Assembly (NCBI GenBank): GCA_963665115.1
Contig: OY762007.1
Location: forward strand, 160,001 to 224,000
From: an uncultured Rivularia sp.
Lineage (GTDB): Bacteria > Cyanobacteriota > Cyanobacteriia > Cyanobacteriales > Nostocaceae
DNA length: 64,000 nucleotides
Direction of reading: 5' to 3'
Shown here one piece after another: positions 20,901 through 30,814 of the stretch. Every line of letters begins with the position of its first letter. Position 1 is the first letter of the stretch. The notes beneath the pieces were generated by a model that saw only the letters and a program-made list of their open reading frames with translations, did not search any database and was not told the origin of the DNA. The position numbers were made by a program, and so were the translations under genes.

Positions 20901-20961
20901 CCGCACCATCACCGAAAACATTCAGCGTCAAGGATTTGCGCCGATTGAAGGGGCGGAATGA
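17947..20961 (+). CDS. putA: Bifunctional proline dehydrogenase / P5C dehydrogenase
   Basis: 'VDLLGE', 'RLVKGAYWD', 'SHN', 'YLIRRLLEN'; ALDH motifs 'ISPWNFP', 'FTGS', 'EMGGKN', 'GQKCSA' and 'EEIFGP'. Confidence 0.95.
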   Translation: MLSVVLQVEKDIYEAKTQEIAKQLLSATGENRSLFSALRDQMRPDDKLLAWAMSNPGLRVQLFRFIDTLPALKSNAEIAAHLQEYLGDDSVELPAALKGMLNFANPDSMPGKVAATTVSKSVETLAHRYIAGENIKQALKSIERLRKEKMAFTVDLLGEAVITEIEAQSYLQRYTDLMAQLAEASQKWKNVALIDEADGEALPKVQVSVKLTAFYSQFDPLDDKGSEEKVVSHIRTLLRRAKELGVAIHFDMEQYIYKDLTFNILKKLLMEEEFKQRTDIGMTIQAYLRDSEEDAKSLIEWAKQRGNPITIRLVKGAYWDQETITAEQKHWQQPVYNDKAATDINFERITQLLLENHQYIYAAIGSHNVRSQAKAIAIAQSLNIPQRNFEMQVLYGMGDKIAKSLVEQGYRVRVYCPYGELLPGMAYLIRRLLENTANSSFIRQDMENRPVEELISPPVIREGEEGEEGEEGVEIVSASSVTSFHPAADSDYAMEELRKKSQTAFETVKNQLGKTYLPLINGEYVETEEKVDSVNPSNYSQVVGKVGLINVEQAETAMQAAKTAFKTWKKTSAKQRADIIRKAGDIMENRRAELSAWIVLEVGKPVREADAEVSEAIDFCHYYAAEMERLDKGFNYDVAGENNRYIYQPRGIAVVISPWNFPFAIATGMTVAALVTGNCTLLKPAETSAVIAAKITEVLVEAGIPKGVFQYVPGKGSVVGAYLVDHIETHVIAFTGSQEVGCKIYADAAILKPGQKHMKRVIAEMGGKNGLIIDESADLDQAVVGAVKSAFGYSGQKCSACSRVIVVESVYDTFINRFVEATKSLNIGETELPATQVGPVIDEKSQSRIREYIEKGKAEAEVALEMSAPENGYFVGPVIFGNVPADGTIAQEEIFGPVVAVIKVKNFQEALQVANNTNYALTGGLYSRTPSHIQQAQEEFEVGNLYINRTITGAIVSRQPFGGFKLSGVGSKAGGPDYLLQFLEPRTITENIQRQGFAPIEGAE

Positions 20962-21291
20962 TTTAGAGAGGGGGAAGAGGGGGTAGAGGGGGAAGAGGGG
21001 GTAGAATAAATTATTTTTAACTCCTCACTCCTCACTCCTAACTCCGCGCCTCCTAACTTTCTTCTCCCTCTCCCCCTCTTCCTCAGCGCCCTCCGCGCTC
21101 TCTGCGGTTGATTAAATCCGTAATTATAAAAAAATTGGGCATGAGGCATGGGGGATTGGGCATTGGGCATTGGTAATAGGGATGGGAAAAATATAACTCC
21201 ATCCGTTGCCTAACTTTCCTCCCCTCTCCCCTTTCTTTTTCTACAGTCGGGAAGTTAATCAAAACTAGTGTAATTATTGAACTTTTTTCAT

Positions 21292-21454
21292 ATAGACGTA
21301 GAGGTTTTAGGTGGCTTATCTTTTAAAGGTTTAAAAACAGGAATTTTAGGAGGAGAAATTAGTTTGTCGTTTGCGAGGTGAAGGACGTTTATGGGTACAA
21401 TCGCGCAACCTTTATCCTTTACTGAATTTTTTATATCCATTCCGTCCCCGCTAA
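21292..21454 (+). pseudogene. C-terminal remnant of an AIM24/TIGR00266-family gene
   Basis: Manual translation with one frameshift: IDVEVLGGLSFKGLKTGILGGE/LVCRLRGEGRLWVQSRNLYPLLNFLYPFRPR*. Confidence 0.65.
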
Positions 21455-21599
21455 ATCAGAAAGCAGCAGTTGAAAAGGTGCAAAAGTTTAATTACCTGAA
21501 AGTTAAAGATTAGTAGTTTTGCTAATTACTAAATACTGGTTACGATATATACTTTTATCTAGTAGGTAAATAAAATAAAAGTATAATATCATCCCCATA

Positions 21600-22859
21600 A
21601 TGCTAAGAGCAAAAACAGCAGCAATCGCTTTAACAACACTCGCGGTTACAACGATTGCGATTTCAGAACATATAGTAGTGGCTCAAAAACCACCACAAAA
21701 AGTAGCGCTTTTAAAAGATTCACCCAAAGAAATAGTTGATGAGGTATGGCAAAAAGTCTATCGTCAATATATTAATGGTACTTTTAACGGACAAGATTGG
21801 CAGGCAGTTCGTAGAGAGTACCTAAATCGTTCTTATGTCTCGAATCAAGAAGCATATGCAGCGATTTCTCAAATGTTAAATAAACTCGAAGATCCCCTAA
21901 CTCGGTTTATGAACCCTGAAGAATTCAAGGGTATGCAGGAAGATCCAGACGCTGCCGCAATCGGACTTAATGTCAAGACTGACAAAAAAACTAAAGAATT
22001 GGTGGTTATTAGTTCTACAGAAGATGCTCCTGCTTATAAGGCTGGGATTTTACCAGGAGACATTCCGGTCAAAATTGACGGTAAAACTACTCAAGGGATG
22101 AATTCTATAAATGTTGTAAGTCGGCTGCGAGGTGAAGCTGGTACACCCGTAAATTTAACTGTTAGACGAGGACAAAAGCAGTTAGACTTTAAGGTTATCA
22201 GAGAAAAGATACAGTTGCCTTCGGTAAGTTATGAAGTGAAGAAAACGGAATCTGGCAATATTGGCTATATCCGTATCAGGGAATTTAACGATGATGCTAC
22301 CACGCAAATGCGTAACGCGATGGTCGATTTAGAAAACAAACAGGTAGCTGGCTATGTTCTAGATTTGCGTTCTAATTCAGGGGGTTTATTGTCCTCTAGT
22401 GTAGAAATTGCTCGTATGTGGCTCAATAAGGGTACGATTATGTCAACTGTCGGTCGCAAAGGTATAGTAGAGCGGCAAGTGGCTTCGGGAAGTGCTTTGA
22501 CAGATAAACCCTTAATCGTTATTGTTAATGACGCTACAGCTAGTGGAGCAGAAATTCTCAGCGCAGCATTGCAAGAAAACAATAGAGCAATTTTAATAGG
22601 CACCAAAACTAATGGTTATAATACAATCCAATCAATCCATTCTCTTGATGATGGTTCTGGTTTGGCTGTAACTGTAGAAAAGTGGCGCACTCCCAAAGGA
22701 CGAGATATTAACAATTTAGGAATTTCTCCCAATGTGGTTGTAAATTTAACTTCTTCTCAACAACTAGGCATGAATCAAAACCGTTCTTTTGGCACAATGG
22801 CAGATCCTCAGTTTTTTAAAGCTGTAGAAAAACTTACCCAATTAGCACGAAAAAAATAA
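21600..22859 (+). CDS. S41 C-terminal processing peptidase homologue with PDZ domain (CtpA-like; catalytic Lys missing)
   Basis: 'DPLTRFM', PDZ domain, 'IGYIRI', 'VLDLRSNSGG', 'TASGAEILSAALQ'. Confidence 0.9.
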   Translation: MLRAKTAAIALTTLAVTTIAISEHIVVAQKPPQKVALLKDSPKEIVDEVWQKVYRQYINGTFNGQDWQAVRREYLNRSYVSNQEAYAAISQMLNKLEDPLTRFMNPEEFKGMQEDPDAAAIGLNVKTDKKTKELVVISSTEDAPAYKAGILPGDIPVKIDGKTTQGMNSINVVSRLRGEAGTPVNLTVRRGQKQLDFKVIREKIQLPSVSYEVKKTESGNIGYIRIREFNDDATTQMRNAMVDLENKQVAGYVLDLRSNSGGLLSSSVEIARMWLNKGTIMSTVGRKGIVERQVASGSALTDKPLIVIVNDATASGAEILSAALQENNRAILIGTKTNGYNTIQSIHSLDDGSGLAVTVEKWRTPKGRDINNLGISPNVVVNLTSSQQLGMNQNRSFGTMADPQFFKAVEKLTQLARKK

Positions 22860-23284
22860 CTTTAAAAAGTCTCCCCTAGCGCTTTGCTACATCATTAGTA
22901 CAGCACGGCGTAAGTAAGATACCCATCTGAAAATATAATCATAAGCATCAATCTGAGTCTAAAAAATGGGTGCGCTATTTAAGCCGTGTGGTACTAGGAT
23001 AGTTAACAAAAATTCTGATTTTAACTTTAATTTGTCTACAGTAAGCGGGCATCTTGCCTGCACTACAATGATTATAATTTTTTTCGGTTATACAATTTAG
23101 CTACACATCAGCTTAATGCTTGGATCTCTCCGGGAATCGTCCACATTAAGTATTGTGAAATTTATGTCCGCAATATTGTTATAACTGCGGATACCTTACA
23201 AATCACTCATGTTTCCAATTTTTATGTTAAACAGCGCCACTACCGAACATAATATAAGAAACAAACCAGATTTAAGATAATCGC

Positions 23285-23743
23285 ATGGCTGAAATAACTG
23301 TAAAAGTTGTTGATTGGGAAGAGTATCCGGTAATTGAGATAATTAGAAGACGGGTATTTCAAGACGAACAAAAAGTACAAGCACAGCAAGATTTAGATGG
23401 GAAAGATAAATTGTGTCCGCAGTTGATTGCTTACTTAGATAACGCTGTGGTGGGTACTGCAAGAATTCGATATTTAGATAATAAAACGGCGAAAATTGAA
23501 AGATTAGCGGTTTTATCTTATGCCAGAGGGAACGGTATTGCTAAAAGGATTATGCAAAAAGCTTTGGAAGTGATAGTAAGCGAGCATATATCCGAAGTTA
23601 GGATTCACGCTCAAGAATATATCAAAGGATTACACCAGCAATTGGGTTTTGAACAAGTTGGTGAAGTCTTTCTTGAAGCCGGAATCCCTCATGTAAAAAT
23701 GGTGAAGACAGTTAACAATGAACAGTTACCAGTTACCAGTTAA
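23285..23743 (+). CDS. GNAT acetyltransferase (ElaA/YjcF-like)
   Basis: 'IRRRVFQDEQ', 'GTARI', 'IERLAVL..ARGNGIA', 'HAQ', 'FLEAGIPHVKM'. Confidence 0.9.
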   Translation: MAEITVKVVDWEEYPVIEIIRRRVFQDEQKVQAQQDLDGKDKLCPQLIAYLDNAVVGTARIRYLDNKTAKIERLAVLSYARGNGIAKRIMQKALEVIVSEHISEVRIHAQEYIKGLHQQLGFEQVGEVFLEAGIPHVKMVKTVNNEQLPVTS

Positions 23744-23963
23744 AATTAAGAGATGTAGTGGGAGCGTCTCGCTCCCTGGTGAAAATAAAGTTGCAAATCT
23801 TAATTTATCTCGTAAAGTTGCAAATCTTAATTTACCCCCATCTCCTTGTCTCCCCTTCGCGTTCGCCACTTCGCTCAACGGAGGGAACCTCCGCACGCGA
23901 GTGGACTCACCATCTCCCCATCTCCTTGTCTCCCCATTGCCCAATGCCTAATGCCCATCCTTC

Positions 23964-26420
23964 ATGAAACTGCTGATTCTCACAACAATCTGGCTGCTCG
24001 GTGCAATTTGCGATCGCGCTTGGTTTTTCTTTGATAAATCTATTCCGTCATGGGATCAAGCTGATTATTTAACTGGTAGTTTAAATTATTTACAGGCTCT
24101 ACAAAATCCCGACTTGTTAAATGGAGAATGGTGGCAAAGTTTATGGTTATTATCTTCAAAAATACCGCCATTTACTTACATCTTCACGGCTTTTATTCAA
24201 CATATTTACGGTAAAGGTTACGATCAAGCAACTTTGGTAATGCTTGGCTTCAGTGCGGTTTTAATCTTATCTGTATATGGTTTAGGCAAAATATTATTCA
24301 GCGATACCGTTGGTTTATGGGCAGCAGCATTGTGTCAAGTAATGCCCGGTTTATATCGATATCGTCTAGAATTTCTCTTAGATTATCCCCTAGCAGCAGT
24401 AGTAACATTAAGTTTCTTTTGCTTGACACTTTGGTTTTTCACTAACTTCACCTCTTCCCCCTCTTTCTTCCATGCGATATTCTTCGGTTTATCTTTCGGA
24501 TTAGCGTTGATGGTAAAGCAAACGGCGCTGTTTTTTCTGATAACTCCGATAATTTGGGTTGTAATTACAACAATACGTAAAGGATTGTGGGGAAGATTAT
24601 TACAATTAATCGGTGCTTTTTGCTTATCTACATTAATTTTTGGCTGGTGGTATCGTGCTAACTGGTTGCTGATTTTAACTTCCGGGAAACGAGCAACAGT
24701 AGATTCTGCAATTGCGGAAGGTGAAGCACCTTTAAATAGTTTAGAAGCTTGGACTTTTTATTGGCATCAATTACCATCACAAGTTTCTTTACCTTTGTTA
24801 ATAATTCCTATCTTTGCCTTATTACTTTATTGGGGGAAAGCCAAGGAAAAGAGAAAAGGCACAGAGGGGTTAGAATTATCAATTGCTTTGAAGTGGTTGG
24901 CAATCTTTTTAATTGGGGCTTATTTATTATCGTGCTTAAACCCTAATAAAGATTATCGTTATGTATTACCGTATTTACCAATTTTATCAGTATTTTTAGC
25001 TTATGGTTTAACTCGTTTTCAAAGCACTTTAGGAAAACGCATTCGTTGGGGTACTTTTGGTTTAGCAATCATTTTAATGCTGTTGAATTTATTCCCCATC
25101 GGTGGAATTCCGGGAAATTGGCTAACCCAGACTCTTAGCAGTAAAGTTCAACATCATCCTTATTTAAAAGCAAAACTTCCTCATTTCCAAGTTATAAAAC
25201 AAATCACCCAAACCGAACCATATTTGTATTCTACTTTGGGAGTATTACCTTCAACTCCAGAAATTAATCAGCATAATTTAAATTATTACGGAGCTTTGCA
25301 AAATTTCCAAGTATATGGAAGACAGGTAGGAACTAAAAAAAGCTTTGTAGATAAAGATGCGCGTTCAATATCTTGGTTTTTAACTAAATCTAAAAAACAA
25401 GGTTCCGTACCCAAAGCACAAAAGAAAATTATCAAAGTTGTAGAACAAAACGGTGATTTTAAGTTGAATAAAACTTGGAATTTACCCGATGGAAGTTTGC
25501 TGAAACTTTATCATCAAAAGAATCCACCTGTTGTGGTGGAAGAGAGAGGGGGAAGAGGGGGGATAAATAATATTAGTTTAGAAAAGGTTAAGGTACCGGA
25601 GATTGCACCACAGGGAAATCCGGTTCCGGTAACTTATACTTGGGAAGGTGATTGGGAAGAATTAAAGAATGGTTTAGTGCTTTTAACATGGAAGAATTCA
25701 GATAACTCAAAATGGATTCATGACCATGAAATTGCATTAGGAAAACTGTATCCTTATGGTATCAAACCTATTGGTAGATTCCAAGTTACCGAAACAATGG
25801 CGATGCTACCACCTGCCGAGATTAAAAATGGCAATTATACCTTAAAAGCAACTTACCTCGATCGGCTTACCGGAGAAACTTATCCGATAAAAATTCCCAA
25901 AACAACTTTACAAATAGATTCCCAAGCAACGCCTACCCCAGCACCAGAATTAGATTTATCTACACAATTGCGTACCTTAGCAGCAACTTTACCCCAAGGA
26001 ATCAAAGCATTAGATAAAGTATTTCAAGAAATTGGACGCATTAATCAATACGACCCCAATCAAAATTATTTAGTAGAAACACGTAAAGCTTTAGAATACC
26101 GCTTGCAGCAAGAACAAAATCTGGAATACGCTTATAGCATAGCCTTGACAAACATATTGCAGCGAAAAACAGAAAAGGCGATCGCATCTTTAAAAAGAGT
26201 AACTCAACTAGACAAAAATAACCCGTATGCTTGGGCTTATCTTGCATTCGTACAGCTTTACGACTTCCAAGGAGCAGCAGCAGAAAAATCCCTACAGCCA
26301 GCCTTAGCAAAATTACCAGATGTCACAGAAATTCAATATTTATCGGGAGTCGCTGCATTACAGCAAGGTAAATTAATCAAAGTATGGCAAGTTGTTAGAC
26401 AATTATCAATGAACAATTAA
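23964..26420 (+). CDS. GT-C (family 39/ArnT-like) membrane glycosyltransferase with C-terminal TPR
   Basis: 'PSWDQADYL', many TM helices, 'NKDYRYVLPYLP' and terminal TPRs. Confidence 0.85.
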   Translation: MKLLILTTIWLLGAICDRAWFFFDKSIPSWDQADYLTGSLNYLQALQNPDLLNGEWWQSLWLLSSKIPPFTYIFTAFIQHIYGKGYDQATLVMLGFSAVLILSVYGLGKILFSDTVGLWAAALCQVMPGLYRYRLEFLLDYPLAAVVTLSFFCLTLWFFTNFTSSPSFFHAIFFGLSFGLALMVKQTALFFLITPIIWVVITTIRKGLWGRLLQLIGAFCLSTLIFGWWYRANWLLILTSGKRATVDSAIAEGEAPLNSLEAWTFYWHQLPSQVSLPLLIIPIFALLLYWGKAKEKRKGTEGLELSIALKWLAIFLIGAYLLSCLNPNKDYRYVLPYLPILSVFLAYGLTRFQSTLGKRIRWGTFGLAIILMLLNLFPIGGIPGNWLTQTLSSKVQHHPYLKAKLPHFQVIKQITQTEPYLYSTLGVLPSTPEINQHNLNYYGALQNFQVYGRQVGTKKSFVDKDARSISWFLTKSKKQGSVPKAQKKIIKVVEQNGDFKLNKTWNLPDGSLLKLYHQKNPPVVVEERGGRGGINNISLEKVKVPEIAPQGNPVPVTYTWEGDWEELKNGLVLLTWKNSDNSKWIHDHEIALGKLYPYGIKPIGRFQVTETMAMLPPAEIKNGNYTLKATYLDRLTGETYPIKIPKTTLQIDSQATPTPAPELDLSTQLRTLAATLPQGIKALDKVFQEIGRINQYDPNQNYLVETRKALEYRLQQEQNLEYAYSIALTNILQRKTEKAIASLKRVTQLDKNNPYAWAYLAFVQLYDFQGAAAEKSLQPALAKLPDVTEIQYLSGVAALQQGKLIKVWQVVRQLSMNN

Positions 26421-26574
26421 CAATTATCAATTGTAGGGGAGGCAAATTTGGGTGTAGATTTTCTTCCCCCAATATTGCCGTTGTGTTACGGCACGAGCAA
26501 ATTTTGTTCAAGATTACTATTTAAATAATGCCGTAACGCACCATTCCGATTCTTAACCAACTAACAACTAACAA

Positions 26575-26951
26575 CTACAAAGTATAGTAACTCAAAATCC
26601 GATAAACCTCATCCACCGCATTATCTTTATTAAATTGAAATTCTTTTGGTAAATCATCACCAGAAATCCAAACCTTAATTTCGGCATCTAAATCTACAGT
26701 ATACCGGCACTTTCCTTACTAAAATATTTAATCGACTTATAGGGAATTGATAAAAACTCAGTTTTCTTACCCGTCATTCCTTGCTTATCAATTAAAATAA
26801 TTCTTTTATTAGTAAAAACAACCAAATCTCTAATTAATTTAAAAGCTTTATGCATATTTTCTCCTTCAATCATTAAAGAAGCAAGTTCCCTTTCCAGCTT
26901 CTCCGGATTTACTTCCGATGCATTACCCATCATTCCGCTGAAAATTCCCAT
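26575..26951 (-). CDS. Bacterial PH-domain protein (bPH_1); 2-bp frameshift at ~26700
   Basis: 'AFKLIRD..VFTNKRIILIDKQGMTGKK..SIPYKSI..FS.ESAG' continues as TVDLDAEIKVWISG...YRILSYYTL* (stop at 26575) if 2 bp are removed. Confidence 0.85.
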
Positions 26952-27085
26952 ATTGTTACCTCTAATAAGTAATAAATTTGATTGATTCTAACTTATTTAT
27001 AGATATTCTGAATTGCTTGCAATAAATGTAGAGACGTAGCATTGCTACGTCTCCCAATATTTAGTAGTGACTACCATTTAAAAAT

Positions 27086-28060
27086 TCACTTCGTCTGAAA
27101 AATATTCTGCACCATCTTCTTATCAGTATTCGCTGCTGCCTTATCTAATTCTGCAATCTCCCCAGCATCCAATTCCCAACCCAAAGCCCCAATATTCTGC
27201 CGTGCTTGCTCTGCATTCTTAGCCCCAGGAATCGGAATCGTACCCTTACAAATACACCAATTAATAGCCACCTGAGACATGGTTTTATTTCTAGATTCCG
27301 CCACTTCTCGCAAACAATCCAATAACGATTTTGCACCGGGAATTAATTGTTTAAATAGAAAATTTCTAATACCTTTAGGATATTTACTTTTATCTGTATA
27401 CTTACCCGTCAAAATTCCCAAACATAAAGGGCTATAGGCAATTAATTTTATTCCTAACTCGTCGCAAACTTCCTTAACTCCCAACTCCGTTACCGGATAA
27501 GTTGATAGTAAAGAATACTGTACCTGTAAAGTTGCGATCGCGATTCCTCTTTCGGCAAACTTCTGATGTACTTTCCTCAATCTTTTAGAGCCATAATTCG
27601 ATAAACCTACCCCCTTAACCAAACCTTGCTCGTACAAATCCCCCAACCCATCTAATAAAGCCCATTCTTGCCAAGGGAAATAATTCGCCGTTGACCAGTG
27701 CATCTGTACCAAATCAATATTTTTATCTAAACGTTTTGCAGAAGCTTTACCAGCAGACACCATCGCCCCCCTAGTCAACCTCCAAGGATAAGCAGCAAGT
27801 TTGGTGGCAATGCAGATATCATCTTTATTTACACCGTCATATTCTTTTGTAAAACGTCCTAAAAGCTTTTCGCTCTGCCCATTGAGCTTACCCGTACCGT
27901 AGGAATCACCAGTATCAAATAAAGTTACACCATTGCTTACACAAAGGTTAAATACCTCTTGTAAATCATCATCCATGCTTTGACTGTATCCCCAAAGCAC
28001 CTTGTTGCCCCATGCCCAAGTGCCGCAACCCATCGTAGGAAATAAGATTTGGTTATCCAT
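27086..28060 (-). CDS. Aldo/keto reductase (pyridoxal reductase-like)
   Basis: 'GCGTWAWG', 'FDTGDSYG', 'IATK', 'VGLSNY', 'QVQYSLL', 'AYSPL', 'PIPGAK'. Confidence 0.92.
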   Translation of the reverse strand: MDNQILFPTMGCGTWAWGNKVLWGYSQSMDDDLQEVFNLCVSNGVTLFDTGDSYGTGKLNGQSEKLLGRFTKEYDGVNKDDICIATKLAAYPWRLTRGAMVSAGKASAKRLDKNIDLVQMHWSTANYFPWQEWALLDGLGDLYEQGLVKGVGLSNYGSKRLRKVHQKFAERGIAIATLQVQYSLLSTYPVTELGVKEVCDELGIKLIAYSPLCLGILTGKYTDKSKYPKGIRNFLFKQLIPGAKSLLDCLREVAESRNKTMSQVAINWCICKGTIPIPGAKNAEQARQNIGALGWELDAGEIAELDKAAANTDKKMVQNIFQTK

Positions 28061-28131
28061 CTTTAAATTATTTTTGAATTATAGTAGATGTGCTAACCTT
28101 ATTATTTATTAAAGGGGTAACTTGATATATT

Positions 28132-28788
28132 TTATTTATTAAAGATAGATTTATTTTTATCCATAGATAGCTGTCTTTCAATCATCTCTATTTCTTTAAG
28201 GTGATTTCGTTTATTTAAGTGTTTTGATTTCAAAATATTAGATATATGGGAAATGAAACCTACTGCATCATTAAAACTATTTGATTCTCGTAATGCTTGA
28301 TAAAAATCACGAATTTCAGGAGGTGAAGGATCGACAAATGTTCGTAATTCAGTAATATCAAGTCTACGGTTAAATTCGTTTACAATATCTCGCCATTGAT
28401 GCAAAAGCCGAAACATATCTTGATATTTGTCTTCGGCAAAAACACCAGATGTAATAGCTGTTTCTGTCACTGACATTAATAATCGTGGGTATACTAGCGG
28501 GTGCTCAATAGTATCTATATTTAGATGGAAACGAGAATCCGATAAAATTGCTTTATTATCTTGAAACTCGCGATATAAAGCAAGTAAAAGTACTCTCCGC
28601 TCTTCTTTTACAGATGCCCACCTTTCAGCAAAAATACCTGTTAATGTTGCTAGTAAACCAATAGCTGTTAATGCTGGTTCAAAAATATTATTTTTTTGTG
28701 AATCAATAATGAGCCAGGTAATAGCTAAAATTAAGCCACTAACTAAAGAACAAAAAGTTATAGAACTAACAATATTTTTTATATTCAT
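28132..28788 (-). CDS. Hypothetical protein with two N-terminal TM helices
   Basis: 218-aa ORF starting 5 bp after the methyltransferase-like gene. Confidence 0.75.
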   Translation of the reverse strand: MNIKNIVSSITFCSLVSGLILAITWLIIDSQKNNIFEPALTAIGLLATLTGIFAERWASVKEERRVLLLALYREFQDNKAILSDSRFHLNIDTIEHPLVYPRLLMSVTETAITSGVFAEDKYQDMFRLLHQWRDIVNEFNRRLDITELRTFVDPSPPEIRDFYQALRESNSFNDAVGFISHISNILKSKHLNKRNHLKEIEMIERQLSMDKNKSIFNK

Positions 28789-28793
28789 TTTTT

Positions 28794-29954
28794 TTAATTA
28801 TTCCATACTGCATTTGCAAGTGAATAATTATTTTCATCATCACTTACAGTTCCGTTAGGAGCAAGTAAAATTAAATCCATACCAAATTTATTGCGATTGT
28901 TTGGTTCTGAAAGCGTATTTAATCTATCAATAATTGATAATCCACTTTCTGATATAACTTGATCAATACCAGAACGAGTATATTTCCTAGTTAATAATAA
29001 GCGAATCGTGTCTTGTTCGATAAAATTTATACTAGACCTATCAAGTAACATCACTTTATCTGGTTTTCCGGTAATGTTACGATAAACAGCTTTTAACAAG
29101 ATAGCTTTATCTAGCTTTTCGATAGAACTTTCAAAAAAAACGCTGTTTAAATCAATATCTAAATCTGTGTGTTGAAGTAAAGCGCTAGTTACAAACTCTT
29201 TAAAAGATTTACTATTGTCGTACTCATTAACCGTATCTTGTAATGCTTGGTTGCTCAAATCTTTCGTGGAAGCTACTTCTATAAGAAATTTATCTTCAGA
29301 ACGCATTAATTTTGATAGAGTTTGCAAAACTTTAGCATCGTCCTCAAAATTAGCAAGTGTATTTCCTAAAAGAGAAAATAATACAGGGGTATCTCCTACA
29401 ACTCGATCTAGTAACCTTTGTAAATCACTGATACTCTTAGAAGTTGAAAAATCCACTTGAACTGGTAGAATTTGGCTGCCTTTTAATTGCAATCCTTTAG
29501 CAACTCCTTGAACACCCAACCTGAGCATTTCCGCACTCATATCAACCGGAAAATATAGTAAATCGGGATTAGTTTTAAGAAATAAACGTAAAATACTTCT
29601 ATCCTTCATTCCCGTACCTACACCTAAGCTGACATAGTGATATTTTTTATCCTCCAGTTTTGACTGAATTTGATGCCATCGACCTCCGAACGAATCAATA
29701 CCTTCCTTCATAACCACGTACAATGGGTCGTTACAGGCATAAGCCCAAGCAATTGTCGGACCTATCCCCCAGTACGCAAAACCCGATGGAATCTGTTTTT
29801 CATCCCCGGTTTCAGAGAACCCCTTTCTCAGATGCTTGGTAAATTCGGTTAATTTCTTCGATTGTTCTTCTCCTCCTACAAAGCAAAGAGTCCATCCTAA
29901 AACTCCTTCGCTGACAGAATCTTCAAGTAGTTCCTCAAAATTAAAGTTCACCAT
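28794..29954 (-). CDS. Divergent EgtD-like (Methyltransf_33) SAM-dependent methyltransferase
   Basis: 'YVSLGVGTGMKD', 'YFPVDMSAEML', 'LLGNTLANF' and 'TRKYT' parallel the EgtD motifs ELGxGxxxK, YxPxDIS, GSTIGNF and SxKY. Confidence 0.7.
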   Translation of the reverse strand: MVNFNFEELLEDSVSEGVLGWTLCFVGGEEQSKKLTEFTKHLRKGFSETGDEKQIPSGFAYWGIGPTIAWAYACNDPLYVVMKEGIDSFGGRWHQIQSKLEDKKYHYVSLGVGTGMKDRSILRLFLKTNPDLLYFPVDMSAEMLRLGVQGVAKGLQLKGSQILPVQVDFSTSKSISDLQRLLDRVVGDTPVLFSLLGNTLANFEDDAKVLQTLSKLMRSEDKFLIEVASTKDLSNQALQDTVNEYDNSKSFKEFVTSALLQHTDLDIDLNSVFFESSIEKLDKAILLKAVYRNITGKPDKVMLLDRSSINFIEQDTIRLLLTRKYTRSGIDQVISESGLSIIDRLNTLSEPNNRNKFGMDLILLAPNGTVSDDENNYSLANAVWNN

Positions 29955-30469
29955 ACTGTCTTTTATCCTTCACTGCACGCCTGCTTTAATGTTTCATATA
30001 ATTTTAAGATAAAACAAGCATACTTAAGTATATCTTTTACTTTTAAATAACAAAGGTATTCATTGCTAGTCTTGCAGTTAGCAATGAAATTTATTTGTCA
30101 AGTATTTTGTATACAATTTTTTATTGTTCGGGCAAATAAAACGGATTATATTCAACACCAAACTTTCCATATCTTCCCAAATATTCATTATCAACATGAG
30201 CGTGTTTTTAAATCCCCATATAATCTTTTCGCGGTTTCTCCGGTACAAAGCAAAGTCTTTCGTTATCTCATAAATATGGTTCTTCAGCACTTGTTATGGT
30301 TATTAAATTGTCGTAAAAAGCTAGCTTTGCTGCTTTGCTGAAGGAAAAAAAGGAAGATATTAGTAACAAATGAAGTAAACAAGAATCAAAACCTTTTCAT
30401 AGTAAGTGTTACAGCTATTTTTATTTATGATTTAGCATAGTCTGTAATGAAGAGCTAATTATTTATTTA

Positions 30470-30814
30470 TTAAAACAGTAACGGTTCAATTCTTGCTTGT
30501 ACTTCCTCAACCACATTTTCTGGAACCGTTTCTACAAATTGAACATTTCTAACTTTCCAATCAAGACATTTTATTTGATCTGTAAGAATAACACCATGAG
30601 TTTTAAGTTCAGAAGGTAAAGCAACTTCAAATGGATAACCTTTTTGTTGACTAGTTATCGGCAAAAATAAAGCTAAAGAAGTTTTCTGATTATAAATATA
30701 GGGAGAAATTACGAAAGCAGGTCTATAACCTCTTTGTTCGTGACCTTTAGTAGGATTAAAATCCAAATAAACAATGTCTCCTCTAGCAGGAATATATTCG
30801 TTATTCTGTGTCAC
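30470..30814 (-). CDS. mazF: MazF/PemK endoribonuclease toxin
   Basis: 'RGDIVYLDFNPTKGHEQRGYRPA', 'PITS..KGYPFEV', 'DQIKCLDW'. Confidence 0.95.
   Translation of the reverse strand: MTQNNEYIPARGDIVYLDFNPTKGHEQRGYRPAFVISPYIYNQKTSLALFLPITSQQKGYPFEVALPSELKTHGVILTDQIKCLDWKVRNVQFVETVPENVVEEVQARIEPLLF

Noticed and set aside
30063..30400. ORFs 30063..30341 and 30078..30290, and a possible decayed secreted-protein gene on the minus strand
   Set aside because: No recognisable family. A third frame looks protein-like but has several stops, and I cannot support a call without a search.
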